64,000 nucleotides of DNA, from positions 3,224,001-3,288,000 of the forward strand of contig CM102285.1 in assembly GCA_046563655.1 (NCBI GenBank). The letters are read 5' to 3'. Origin of the DNA: Yuukianura sp. NJ FZ-2021 (lineage: Eukaryota). The notes under the pieces were generated by a model. That model had not been told where the DNA came from. It searched no databases and saw nothing but the letters and a program-made list of their open reading frames with translations. Made by a program: the position numbers and the translations under genes. Shown one piece after another: positions 11,072 to 21,371 of this stretch; positions within the stretch are counted from its first letter, which is position 1; every line of letters starts with the position of its first letter.

Positions 11072-14000
11072 TCAGTCTTCTTCCGTTTCTTTCTTGCTTT
11101 CACTGACAGCATCCTGAAGTTTTGCAGCAGTGATTTTGATAATCGGAACTCTTTCCTTCCGAGCTCTGTAGTAACAGATACCAAGTGCAATACAAATCGC
11201 GATCATTGACGTCATTAGGAATCCAATTACAATTCCTGTCCATGGATTTTCTGTAAAGTAGGCTTCATGGGTGATTTTCATTTTCTCCATATTTTCTTCT
11301 AGCTTCTTGTCTTCATCTAGAAGCCCATGAAGTTCTAGCAGATTGGTCATGTTTAGTTTGTGACCTAAGTGCCAGTTTGCTTTTGAGGTGAAAATCCGGT
11401 CCTGTCCCTGGATGTGTGTTCCCTCGAAGATTGAACCCTCGTACAAGTAGTCATTGATTTTTATGCTGACTTCCTTGGGAATAGGGAAAACGTGATCTGG
11501 ACAATTTGTTGTCTTTCCCCCGATTGTAATTTGGTTTCCGTAACAGTAAATGTAGTTGTTTTCTCCTTGTTGTTTGAGCTGGACAAAATCCTTCTCATCT
11601 CCAGGGTGAGTGGGCAAACATTTCTCCACAGTGAAGTGTTTGGTCATTCCAGGAAGTTGTCCAGAAGTACTACATCCAGCGTCTGGAGCAATGATGAGTA
11701 TGTCATCGGCTGGTTCCTTAAAGTTGGCTCCGTATACGCAGTCTTCGTGTAGTGAGACAATAGCTTTCTTCGGTCCAATGTATTTAATTTCACAAGTTTG
11801 ATTCTTGGTTTTGTGCATCAAGGAGAAAGCATCAGCTTTTACTACTTTCAAATTTTGATCCAAGATTGGAACTTCAAAACGCATCTTCATGGCCATCTTG
11901 TCATAAGTCATGTGACATGACTTTGGAGTTCCAAGGTCTAGTGGGCATGTACTTCCACAAGGCAGAGAGAAATTCAAAAAATCCAGAAATGGTACAAACA
12001 ACTTTCTTTTCGTGTGCCACTGCCGATTTGTTTCCTTCAGAATTTGATTTCCAATCAACAGCCTTCCAGTGATGGAAGAAATCAAAAAAGTTGTGTCGAC
12101 TTGCTTTTCCTTAGACTCCAGGAAATCTCCAGCAAGTTTCTCCGTGAATTGTCTTAACTCGTCCAATGCTCTCCTATGGATATTTAAGCGTTTTTCGATT
12201 TCTTCCAGTTTCTTCGTGTGTTCCTGTGCCAAGTTTCCAAGTTCAGCCAGTGTCACCTTGTTTCCTGCAGAAGAAATGACAGCAGCAGTCCCCAGTCCAA
12301 TGCTTGTAATCAGCGAAATGACAAGCGTACTGAGGATGATTCCGGTCAATATGAATCTTTTGTGACGGTGATGAATTTCTGTTGTTTCTTCTGTTGGACA
12401 CATTTTTAGAATTTCTGAGGTAAAAAGTTTGCTATAAATCTCCTCGCATCTTTCCTTGGCCATTTGAACATTATCCTGGTGGACGCTGTTGATGTCCAGC
12501 ATTTCACATGGAGAGGTGAACTTAATCAGCAAATGCACTTGATTTGAGCCTTTGGTGACTTGAGTGTCACTTTTCTTCCAAAGAACGGGTGAAGCCACTT
12601 GGAAATCACCGGAAGCTCCATGGATCAGTCCGAAAAATAACAGCATCAAGATTCCAGCAGCAAAGCCAAAGGAAATGTTTTTGTATGTCCAATCATTTGA
12701 AGTCTTTCTTTGTTCCTGGAGAAAGCCATTTTTCCCTCTAAAGTGCTTTCCCTTTTTCTTTTTCATGAAATGATCTGGGTTTCCAAAGTCTGTTTCTTTC
12801 CTTTTTCGTTTTTCATTCTTCTGCGCATGTTGATCCCACGGTGGCTCCTGTTTTCGTTGACCAGAATTGACAGGGTTTCTTCTCAAAAAATTTGAGTTTG
12901 GTGGGATTGCCCTTGAACAAAATCTTTTTTCTTGTGGACGGTGGACCTCAATGTAGGGATGCTTTGAGTATCCGCTTTTTCCGCTTTGACCTTTAACCTT
13001 GGTCCATTTTCCAAATTTTGAGTTTTCAAGAACTTGGGTTTTCACACCCCATTTAGTATTTCTGTTTCTTCGATTTTGTCCTTTTTGTTTCTTGGGGTGG
13101 AGTTGATCCTTGTCAATTTCATTCTTTATGGCTTTTTGTTCTTTTTCAAAATTTTCAAACTGGACCTTCGGAGGGTCTATGTTCTGAAGAGTCTTCCCTC
13201 CTTCCTTTTGTGAGCGAATTGCCACTAGAGCCTTAGCATTGGGCTCTCCCTGAGTCTTCAATCCAAGCATTGAGCGACAAAATTCAAATCTCCCGCGATT
13301 CAAAGGTTTAGTCAATATGTCTGCCTTCTGATGTTCAGTTTGAACGTAGGTGACCTCCACTTGTTTCTCTTCAATTAAGTTTCTTGTGAAGTGATATCTC
13401 AGTTCGATATGCTTCGTATTCTTATGAAACTGGTGGTTTTGGGTCAACTTAATGGCAGATTGATTGTCCACGTAAATTGGCGTTGGATTTGTCATTTTGA
13501 TTCCCAATTCTTCCACAAATCTCCGAATCCAGACAGCTTCCTTCGCTGCAGCAGCTAACGACACGTATTCGGCTTCACAACTGGATAATGCGATTGTGTT
13601 TTGTTTCTGACTCATCCAGCTTACCGGGCAGTCATTTATGAAAAAGACATATCCAGAGGTTGACCTCCTGGAACTTTGACATCCAGCAAAGTCCGAGTCG
13701 CAGTATCCAGCCACAGTGATTTTGTTTGTTCTGGGGCTGGAAGGAAGACGTAGCTCCATGGATCCCTTGAGGTAACGTGCCACGTTTTTGGCCATCTTCC
13801 AGTGGCTTTCGTCGTATCCAGTCAAGTGTTGTGAGAGTTTAGACACTGCAAAAGCAATGTCAGGTCTCGTGCATCTTGCAACAAACAGTAGACTGCCAAT
13901 CAATTCCCGGAACGGTATACCTCCAGTTTCTCCAGCCAGTACCTGTAGAGTAGTGTTGGGTTGCATGGGGACGCTGACTGGCTTACTTTCTTCGAGGTGA

Positions 14001-17000
14001 AAGTTCCTCAATATCTTCTTGATTTGTCCAGTTTGTGCCAAGTTCCAGCTCCCATCTTCTCCGTTGTTTAGTTCCAATCCAATGAACACTGAGGGTTTGG
14101 AGAAAGTCAGTGGGAATTTGTTGTTTAATTCTCTGACGACTTTCTCCAGGTCTTCCAGTCTTGGGCCAAGAGCTAGGCCGTCATCAACGTAAATCAACAT
14201 GAAAATTTTTCCAGGTTCGGTGTCCATTTGAAATACTGATGGCTCACTCTCCAGCTGGAGAAAACCAAGACTTTGCAGTGCTTTCTTCAGTTTTTCAAAC
14301 CACATCAGCGGAGACTGCTTGAGACCATAGATTGACTTCTGAAGGTGACAAATCAGCGACTTTCCCTTTTCAAATCCATGTGGCTGTGTCATAAACAATG
14401 TTTCTTTTAGATCTCCGTGGAGAAAGGCGGTCTTTACGTCGAATTGAATAATCTCGTAGTTCCATGCACTGGCAACTGCAAGAACGATCCTAACAGATTC
14501 GTATCTAGCAACTGAAGCATAAGTATCGTGAAAGTCCACTCCAGGACGCTGCCAAAATCCACGGCAAACTAAACGAGCTTTGTAACGATCGATTTCTCCA
14601 TCTGGCTTTCTCTTCAGTGCGAAGACCCAACGATTGTCCAGAACTCTTTTCTCTGGAGACCATTTAACCAGACTCCAGGTTTTGTTTTTCTCCAGACTGT
14701 TAATCTCATCTTCCATTGCTCTGATCCACTCTAACTTTTGCGGCGAAGCGAGAGCTTCTTCATAATTGTTCGGTTCCAGGATCTCCAGTCGAGCAACATT
14801 TGCATGATATCTGGAAGGAATTTTAATTCCTTCTCTTGGCCGGAAATTGTATCGCTCCAGAGCGTGTGCTGGAATCTGTGCAATGTAATCTCCAGCAGTA
14901 GTTGAAATGGTCAATTTCAAATCATCCGTGCGTTGAACTTTCCAACTTTTTGGAGAAAGTGAGGATCCAGCTACATTTTCTTCATCCTGGCAGTTATGCT
15001 TTTCGGCATTGTCATCTTCTTTCTCCAGTAGTTTTTCTTTCTTCTCACTGGACTGACGATTTTCTTCATCTCCACTTTCTCCAGACTCCTCCTCAACCAC
15101 TTCCGTAATTTTCACTTCCGGTTCTTTCTCCTCAAAAACAACATTAGTTGCAATCACTATGGAGGCGCTGTCTGGATCAAAAAGTCTAAATTTTTTCTCG
15201 CAGACACCATCATAACCCACCAAGTACATTTTTCTGGACTTTGGTGTCCAGACTGTACGTTTCGCTTCTGGAATGTGGGCATAAGCTTTACATCCGAAGA
15301 CTCGAACATTTCCGAGGTTTGGTCGCCTCCCCATGATTTTCTGAAATGGCGTTTGCTCCGGTGAGATGCGACTTAAGGTGCGATTGTGAATGTAGACAGA
15401 AGTTGCAACGGCTTCCCCCCATAGAAAATCTGGAGTGGAGTAAGTCTGGAGCATCGCCCTTGAAGTATCTTTCAATGTTCTCATGGATCTCTCCACTCTC
15501 CCATTCATTTCTGGACAATAGGCTGCTGAAGTTTCGTGGATGATTCCATTTTCTTCAAAAAATTTGTTCAAGGTTGAATTCACAAATTCACCTCCGTTGT
15601 CACTCCTCACCCACTTCATCCTGTTTCCGGTTTGCCTCTCCATGAAATGAATGTATCCCTTGATCGCTTCTGCAGCTTCCGACTTTCTCTCCAGAAAGTA
15701 AACAGTGCGAAAGTTAGTTGCATCGTCAATTAGAAGGAGAAAGTAGCTGGCTCCTCCCAGTGACACGACGTTCATTTTTCCAGATAAATCCATGTGGGTT
15801 CCAGTTCCTGGTTCCGAATTTCTTTTTGGAACTGAGTTGAAAGTCTTCCTGGGTTGTTTACCGAATTGACAATTTTCACATGTTTCCCGGAGTTGACCTT
15901 TGACCTGCTCCCGTGGAATTCCGTAGACAGCTCCGCGTCTAACGCTGGCCTGAATGTATTCAGTGTTGATGTGAGCGAGACGGCGGTGCCAAACATCCAA
16001 GTTGACTTGTTTGAAAGCCAGAAGTGCTTTTGGCTGAACTTTCACCGGGAGAAAGTTCATGACGTACATACCTTTGCTCACATGGCATGTAGGTCCAGGA
16101 CCTTGTTTGTGTGAGAAGCGAGCTCCTTCGCCGTCTCTTTCAATTTTGTAACCGAGGTGAGTCATCTGAAGCTCTGACAGGAGATTGACAGCTCCAGGAA
16201 TGTACAAAACATTTTTGAGTGTTTTGTATTGCCATATCCCATCAGTTAAAGCAAGTAACTGAACAGTACCTTCTCCAAGGGCATCAACGGCGGTAGAGTT
16301 TAGTTGGTCAACTTTCTCTGGATTTTGAAAATCTTTGTAATCCACAAACCAATCTTTGGAACCACAAATATGATTTGAGGCTCCAGAGTCAGCATACCAG
16401 ATTTCTTCCTGTCGTACTGGCCAAGGTTCGCTAACCTGTCCAGGCACTGGAGAACCATCTTTCTTTCTTGTACGACCTTGACCAACAAAGGCCTTGGCAT
16501 GGGGAAAGTCACTTTCTCCATCTCCAGACTTTTCACCTTCTTTCCGTTGTCCAAGGAAGCCATTCCTTGAAGCTTCTTTCTCCTTCCGCCCTCGAGAACC
16601 ACCTCTCCCTTTCCCCTGCCCATGATGGGACTTCTTGGAGAAAAGCCTTGTGTTTTGCTGAGATTCTCCTGAGGAAGCCTCCGAGTTTCCTTGTCTCAGC
16701 TTCGGACAGTCACGTTTCCAGTGATCTTCCGATTTGCACAAGAAGCAACCAGATTTCTTTGAAGAGAAGCCCTTCTTCCGTTCCTTGGTGGGGCTACTTT
16801 CTCTCCCCCTTTTTCCTTGTTCAGAGTGTGCCTTGAAAGCACGGCTCCTTTCTTCTCTGGAGGCTCCTGCTGATTCTATGTTCGTTTGGTCAATTTGCTC
16901 CTTTTTCAACCGAGCAAAGAGAATGCACATTGTCTGAGACTCAGCTGGTACAGAGTCCCACGCCCTTTTCAGAGCCGTATAACGTGGCTCAGGAAGTGAC

Positions 17001-17476
17001 GAGACAATTTTTGTCACAACTGTATCTTCCTCCATGTTAACACCGATTTCTTTTAAGTTTCTCCAAATTTCCTCCATCTCCGTGTACGCCTCAACTAAAT
17101 TTTGCTTATTACTGACCTTAAAATTGAAAAAGCTGCTCAAGGTATGTTGACGGTTGATTGTACTTGAGTCGGAGTTGATGTCACTCAGCTTGTCCAGAAC
17201 CTCCTTTGCTGTTTTACAGCCAACAATATGCGTCATCTGACCTGCGTTCAGTGTAGGCACGATTATTGCTTGTGCTTGAACATCCTTTTCATCCCATGCC
17301 GCCTGACCTCCGTTTTCGTCAGACTCTGGACGAACGACTGTTCCTGAAGCCACATCCCACAACTTCACTGCCTTCAGAATCAACGTCATTTGCATTTTCC
17401 ATCGGCTGTAATTCGTTCCGTCCAACTTTGCCACGTGTTTAGTGTCAAACAATGGGCGAGCACTGCTGATAGACAT
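11072..17476 (-). CDS. Copia gag-PR-INT-RT-RNaseH polyprotein fused in frame to an envelope-like glycoprotein (~2134 aa from first ATG)
   Basis: Gag KLDGTNYSRWK and CCHC knuckle CFLCKSEDHWKRDC; PR WYADSGASNH; INT WHRRLAH..CENC, SDNGGEF, NGRVER; RT QFDVKTAFLHG, YVDDGL; RH YCDSDFAG, KHIELRYH, ADILTK. Then hydrophobic signal-like segment, RHKR/FILTGII fusion-peptide-like stretch, heptad region, Cys-rich ectodomain and C-terminal TM. Confidence 0.95.
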   Translation of the reverse strand: MSISSARPLFDTKHVAKLDGTNYSRWKMQMTLILKAVKLWDVASGTVVRPESDENGGQAAWDEKDVQAQAIIVPTLNAGQMTHIVGCKTAKEVLDKLSDINSDSSTINRQHTLSSFFNFKVSNKQNLVEAYTEMEEIWRNLKEIGVNMEEDTVVTKIVSSLPEPRYTALKRAWDSVPAESQTMCILFARLKKEQIDQTNIESAGASREERSRAFKAHSEQGKRGRESSPTKERKKGFSSKKSGCFLCKSEDHWKRDCPKLRQGNSEASSGESQQNTRLFSKKSHHGQGKGRGGSRGRKEKEASRNGFLGQRKEGEKSGDGESDFPHAKAFVGQGRTRKKDGSPVPGQVSEPWPVRQEEIWYADSGASNHICGSKDWFVDYKDFQNPEKVDQLNSTAVDALGEGTVQLLALTDGIWQYKTLKNVLYIPGAVNLLSELQMTHLGYKIERDGEGARFSHKQGPGPTCHVSKGMYVMNFLPVKVQPKALLAFKQVNLDVWHRRLAHINTEYIQASVRRGAVYGIPREQVKGQLRETCENCQFGKQPRKTFNSVPKRNSEPGTGTHMDLSGKMNVVSLGGASYFLLLIDDATNFRTVYFLERKSEAAEAIKGYIHFMERQTGNRMKWVRSDNGGEFVNSTLNKFFEENGIIHETSAAYCPEMNGRVERSMRTLKDTSRAMLQTYSTPDFLWGEAVATSVYIHNRTLSRISPEQTPFQKIMGRRPNLGNVRVFGCKAYAHIPEAKRTVWTPKSRKMYLVGYDGVCEKKFRLFDPDSASIVIATNVVFEEKEPEVKITEVVEEESGESGDEENRQSSEKKEKLLEKEDDNAEKHNCQDEENVAGSSLSPKSWKVQRTDDLKLTISTTAGDYIAQIPAHALERYNFRPREGIKIPSRYHANVARLEILEPNNYEEALASPQKLEWIRAMEDEINSLEKNKTWSLVKWSPEKRVLDNRWVFALKRKPDGEIDRYKARLVCRGFWQRPGVDFHDTYASVARYESVRIVLAVASAWNYEIIQFDVKTAFLHGDLKETLFMTQPHGFEKGKSLICHLQKSIYGLKQSPLMWFEKLKKALQSLGFLQLESEPSVFQMDTEPGKIFMLIYVDDGLALGPRLEDLEKVVRELNNKFPLTFSKPSVFIGLELNNGEDGSWNLAQTGQIKKILRNFHLEESKPVSVPMQPNTTLQVLAGETGGIPFRELIGSLLFVARCTRPDIAFAVSKLSQHLTGYDESHWKMAKNVARYLKGSMELRLPSSPRTNKITVAGYCDSDFAGCQSSRRSTSGYVFFINDCPVSWMSQKQNTIALSSCEAEYVSLAAAAKEAVWIRRFVEELGIKMTNPTPIYVDNQSAIKLTQNHQFHKNTKHIELRYHFTRNLIEEKQVEVTYVQTEHQKADILTKPLNRGRFEFCRSMLGLKTQGEPNAKALVAIRSQKEGGKTLQNIDPPKVQFENFEKEQKAIKNEIDKDQLHPKKQKGQNRRNRNTKWGVKTQVLENSKFGKWTKVKGQSGKSGYSKHPYIEVHRPQEKRFCSRAIPPNSNFLRRNPVNSGQRKQEPPWDQHAQKNEKRKRKETDFGNPDHFMKKKKGKHFRGKNGFLQEQRKTSNDWTYKNISFGFAAGILMLLFFGLIHGASGDFQVASPVLWKKSDTQVTKGSNQVHLLIKFTSPCEMLDINSVHQDNVQMAKERCEEIYSKLFTSEILKMCPTEETTEIHHRHKRFILTGIILSTLVISLITSIGLGTAAVISSAGNKVTLAELGNLAQEHTKKLEEIEKRLNIHRRALDELRQFTEKLAGDFLESKEKQVDTTFLISSITGRLLIGNQILKETNRQWHTKRKLFVPFLDFLNFSLPCGSTCPLDLGTPKSCHMTYDKMAMKMRFEVPILDQNLKVVKADAFSLMHKTKNQTCEIKYIGPKKAIVSLHEDCVYGANFKEPADDILIIAPDAGCSTSGQLPGMTKHFTVEKCLPTHPGDEKDFVQLKQQGENNYIYCYGNQITIGGKTTNCPDHVFPIPKEVSIKINDYLYEGSIFEGTHIQGQDRIFTSKANWHLGHKLNMTNLLELHGLLDEDKKLEENMEKMKITHEAYFTENPWTGIVIGFLMTSMIAICIALGICYYRARKERVPIIKITAAKLQDAVSESKKETEED

Positions 17477-17680
17477 GTTGTAATTTACTTTCACTTGTGT
17501 TAAAAAAAATGTTTGTCCAAAAGTCAAGATCAAGTCCACTAGAAGAAACTAAAGGTAGTATTCCTTAACTGATTACTTTTACCGAATTTACTTTTCAAAG
17601 TCAAGTTATTGTCCAAAGTTTACAAACTTTAACTTCAACTTTCACTTTTGCCAAACTCACTTTCAGCAACGCAGAACCTC

Positions 17681-17692
17681 CCTCTGCTACCA
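17681..17692 (-). promoter_or_regulatory. Primer-binding site complementary to the tRNA-iMet 3' end
   Basis: Minus strand TGGTAGCAGAGG, 4 nt inside the 5' LTR; complements the animal initiator tRNA end ...CCTCTGCTACCA. Confidence 0.85.
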
Positions 17693-17696
17693 AAGT

Positions 17697-18111
17697 TGTT
17701 GTCAAAATTAAACGCCTTTTTAATTTTGTTATTGATGGATCTTTTTAAGCAATGTTGCTGATTTTTATTTGGTCAAAATAACTTCAGAAAAAGAATCTTA
17801 AGTTTTAGTTAAGACAGTTTCCTAGAGAGAGACTTGAAAAAGACTAACTAACTTTCCGGACTCCCGGGTCCTTTTGTTAACTGGCTTAGAATTTTCGGGA
17901 AGCTTCCAGAATATTCTGGAAGCTTCAAGACAAAAGCAACTAGAAAGGTTTTGAGGGTCCCCTATGTAATAACTTTGACCAGAAGTGTCATATTTGGTTC
18001 CCCCTCAGCTCAACTTGTCATCGTAATTCAGATGTGAGAATCAGTAGTTGAGTTAACCTGTCAGCTAACTTTATATGAGAAAAGGTCAAGTTTTGACCTC
18101 TAAACTCAACA
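17697..18111 (-). repeat. 5' LTR of the Copia element
   Basis: 415-bp direct repeat of 10425-10839. Confidence 0.95.
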
Positions 18112-19631
18112 AAACACCCACCGACCCACCCATACAGCAAAACAAGAAGCGACTGATCTTCCCGTTCCCACTGTACTATGCTTGCAGGGAAAATTAGTTG
18201 AGGTAAGGCAGAAGCAATCATATTATTGTAACAAACCGGTGTAACATAGTGATTAATGACGCATAAACAAACGCCCCTAGTTGAAATAATTTCTAGCAAA
18301 AACTAATTCAGATTTTGTCACACTAATTCCCTGATTTGCTTTTCCCGTTTTTTGTAGATTCTATCATAATAAAACAATTTTACGACTTTAATTACTACCT
18401 ACTGTGCATAGTTCTATACTAGCAATTTAGTTGAGGGTTTGGATTTCCTGGAAATTCCATGACTAATATATCAAAGCATAAAACACACCGGAAAACCTCA
18501 TTCGTTTGTCTTACGATTGGAGACATTGCGAAACGAGTCGATTCTTTGTAAAACAAAAAAATCCCAGTTTTCTAGACCCCTCTGGTGTAACCTTTTTAAT
18601 TGTTTAAAAAATCTTGCACATGTCTAACATGGCTAGCGTTATAAAAACTCATCAATTATGCATCATGAAATATGAATTGCATGAATTGCTTTTCTTATCA
18701 CGCTGCGCATGCTTGCTGGGGCTTCGCCGCAGACCAGTTCAATCGTTGAGGTTTTAAGAATATCTGAGCTTTCCCTTTTAATTTAAATTCTTCAACAATT
18801 TCAAATTTTATTTCAGAAAGCCATAAACCAAGGACAATGTGAAGCTCATCTGCGAAAACAGATTGAAATTCAGTCCAGTGATTCCAATGTAACCAGCATA
18901 CGGACAGACAGACTCGAGGGAAAACATAAAGTAGCTCATGCTTTCACTACTTGATAATCGTACAATTAACACTCGTCTCTAAAATTTCACCTTAAGAGCT
19001 AACAAAGACTTGCATCTAAAGTTTTAAGTAGGTAATATTCCTGGTGTTAACTACCGCTTAACCCAATTTTAAAAGTAAGTACACAGCGTCTCTTAACTTC
19101 CTCTATTACTGAACAATGATGCTTTATTTCAACACCGTAAGTGGAGCCATTTAGTATTTGAATTTTTACATGTTTTTTTTTGGCTCGGATGAATTGAAGC
19201 TTCTTTTTGTATATTTGTATGATACAAGTTGTATCCCACAAATCCCACTCATATTTAAGTCATCAACAAGCTTTTCATTCTCTATCTGTACTGTATCGTA
19301 GAAAAGGGAATACGCATAGAACTGATCATTCTTTCAAAATTAGTATTTTCTTTGAAATCTTCGATGTTGGCCACACTAATTGAAGTGGAATCACTTGATT
19401 CATACTTTTACACCCAGACGCACAATTCATACCCCTTCATACCCATGCCTTTTACATTGTGATTTCTATATGACCCAAACCGAATTGGTAAATACTGATG
19501 AAGCTAGAAAATAAAAATAATTAGAAAAATCGGCAAATTTTAGGTTATTCATCCCCTATGCTCACTTTTTGCTATATTTTGAAATTGGGAAAAGTTTTCT
19601 AGACTGTTCTATTTATTGGTAGGCTGGTAAG

Positions 19632-20985
19632 TATGAGGGGAGATCGACTGCTTTTCAATGCGATCTGCTACAAGCTTTTTTTTAAAAAACACAATTAAAT
19701 TTCCTTGCAGAAAATCAAAACGAACATTTTCTGCAAGTTTTTTTCTTGCAGAAATCGAGACGTTGTTATAAGAAGCTTGCGGAAAATCGAGGAGCTGTTA
19801 TAAAAAGCTTGCGAAGAATCGAAGCGCTGTTATAAGAAGCTTGCGGAGAATCGATCCGAGTTTATAAAAGGCTTGCGAAGAATCGAGCCGCTGTTATCGG
19901 AAACTTGCGGAGAATCGAGACGTTGTTATAAATTATAATTCACTTTTAAGATTTTACGACAGCTGAATTTTCCCAAGTTAGAATTCCTCGAAAAGTAAAC
20001 GTAAAAGTTATATTTTGTCAAAAAATTTTGTCACGTCAAAAAGTTAGAGAACAGTTCAATTTTTCACGAGACCAACATTTCAAGATGGTAGAGTACGCGT
20101 GAATCCTCGGCAAGGCAAATATATCCAAAAGTTGAATTTCAGCTGAATTTTTCAAAATTCCAATTTCTCAAAAAGTAAGTGTACAAGTGAATTTTTAAAA
20201 ATTTGGTCACGTCAAAAAGTTAGAGAACAGGTCCATTTTTCCGGAGACCAACATTTCAAAACGGTAGAGTACGTGTGAATCTTCGGCAAGGCAAATATAT
20301 CCAAAAGTTGAATTTCAGCTGAATTTTTCAAAATTCCAATTTCTCAAAAAGTAAGTGTACAAGTGAATTTTTAAAAATTTGGTCACGTCAAAAAGTTAGA
20401 GAACAGGTCAATTTTTCACGAGACCAACATTTCAAAACGGTAGAGTACGTGTGAATCTTCGGCAAGGCAAATATATCCAAAAGTTGAATTTCAGCTGAAT
20501 TTTTCAAAATTCCAATTTCTCAAAAAGTAAGTGTACAAGTGAATTTTTAAAAATTTGGTCACGTCAAAAAGTTAGAGAACAGGTCAATTTTTCACGAGAC
20601 CAACATTTCAAAACGGTAGAGTACGTGTGAATCTTCGGCAAGGCAAATATATCCAAAAGTTGAATTTCAGCTGAATTTTTTACAATTCCAATTCCTCAAA
20701 TTTTCCGCATGTTTCTTATAACAACGTCTCGATTTTCCGCAATCTTTTTATAACAACGCATCCATTTTCCGCAAGCTTTTTTATAACAACATCTGGATTT
20801 TCCGCATGTTTCTTATAACAACGGCTCGATTTTGCGCAAACTTCTTATAACAACGCCTCCGTTCTCTGCAAGAAAAAAGCTTGTAGAAAATGTTCGTCCC
20901 TATTTTCTGCAAGGAATTTTTGCTTGTGTTTTTTAAAAAAATCTTGCAGCAAATCGTACTGAAAAGCAGTCGATCTCCCCTCATA
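19632..20985. mobile_element. Non-autonomous DNA transposon with TAT...ATA termini and 6-bp TSD (IS3EU-like)
   Basis: TIR TATGAGGGGAGATCGACTGCTTTTCA / TGAAAAGCAGTCGATCTCCCCTCATA; TSD GGTAAG at 19626-19631 and 20986-20991; ~41-bp subterminal repeats in both arms. Confidence 0.8.
19960..20700 (+). repeat. Tandem array of ~4 x 176-bp units inside the transposon
   Basis: TTAGAGAACAG recurs at 20044, 20220, 20396 and 20572. Confidence 0.9.
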
Positions 20986-21371
20986 GGTAAGGGCAAATCT
21001 AGCTCCAAATTATCTTTTCCCAAGAAGTTGTCATCCGCACACCTAAAAAATAAACTTTGACATCCTCATCCTCAATAAGTACTGCTTGTGTTTAAAGTGA
21101 GTTGAAAGTGAGATAGTATTTTATGTTTTTCCAAGAACTGTAATATTAAACTCTAAATAAAAGTAGGTACTCAAGATTAGTTTTCTGCAAGTTTCGCAAC
21201 ACGATTTTATTTTATTTATTTTTTGTGTTTAAGCGTGTTGAGTTGTTAAGTTGATGAATTGTAAATCAGCATTCTCAGTATTTCAGCAATACTTCGTGAC
21301 TAGTGTTTCCTTAATTTTTATTTTATTGAATTACATAAAGACCAAGCACGAAGAAAGCAACACGGCACATA

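Larger units (their letters stand above)
10425..18111 (-). mobile_element. Full-length Ty1/Copia LTR retrotransposon carrying an env-like gene
   Basis: Two 415-bp LTRs (TG...CA), 5-bp TSD AAACA (10420-10424, 18112-18116), tRNA-iMet PBS, polypurine tract, intact polyprotein in Copia order PR-INT-RT-RH. Confidence 0.97.

Noticed and set aside
11492-16937. Many plus-strand ORFs within the Copia element
   Set aside because: Antisense shadows of the long polyprotein with no independent motifs
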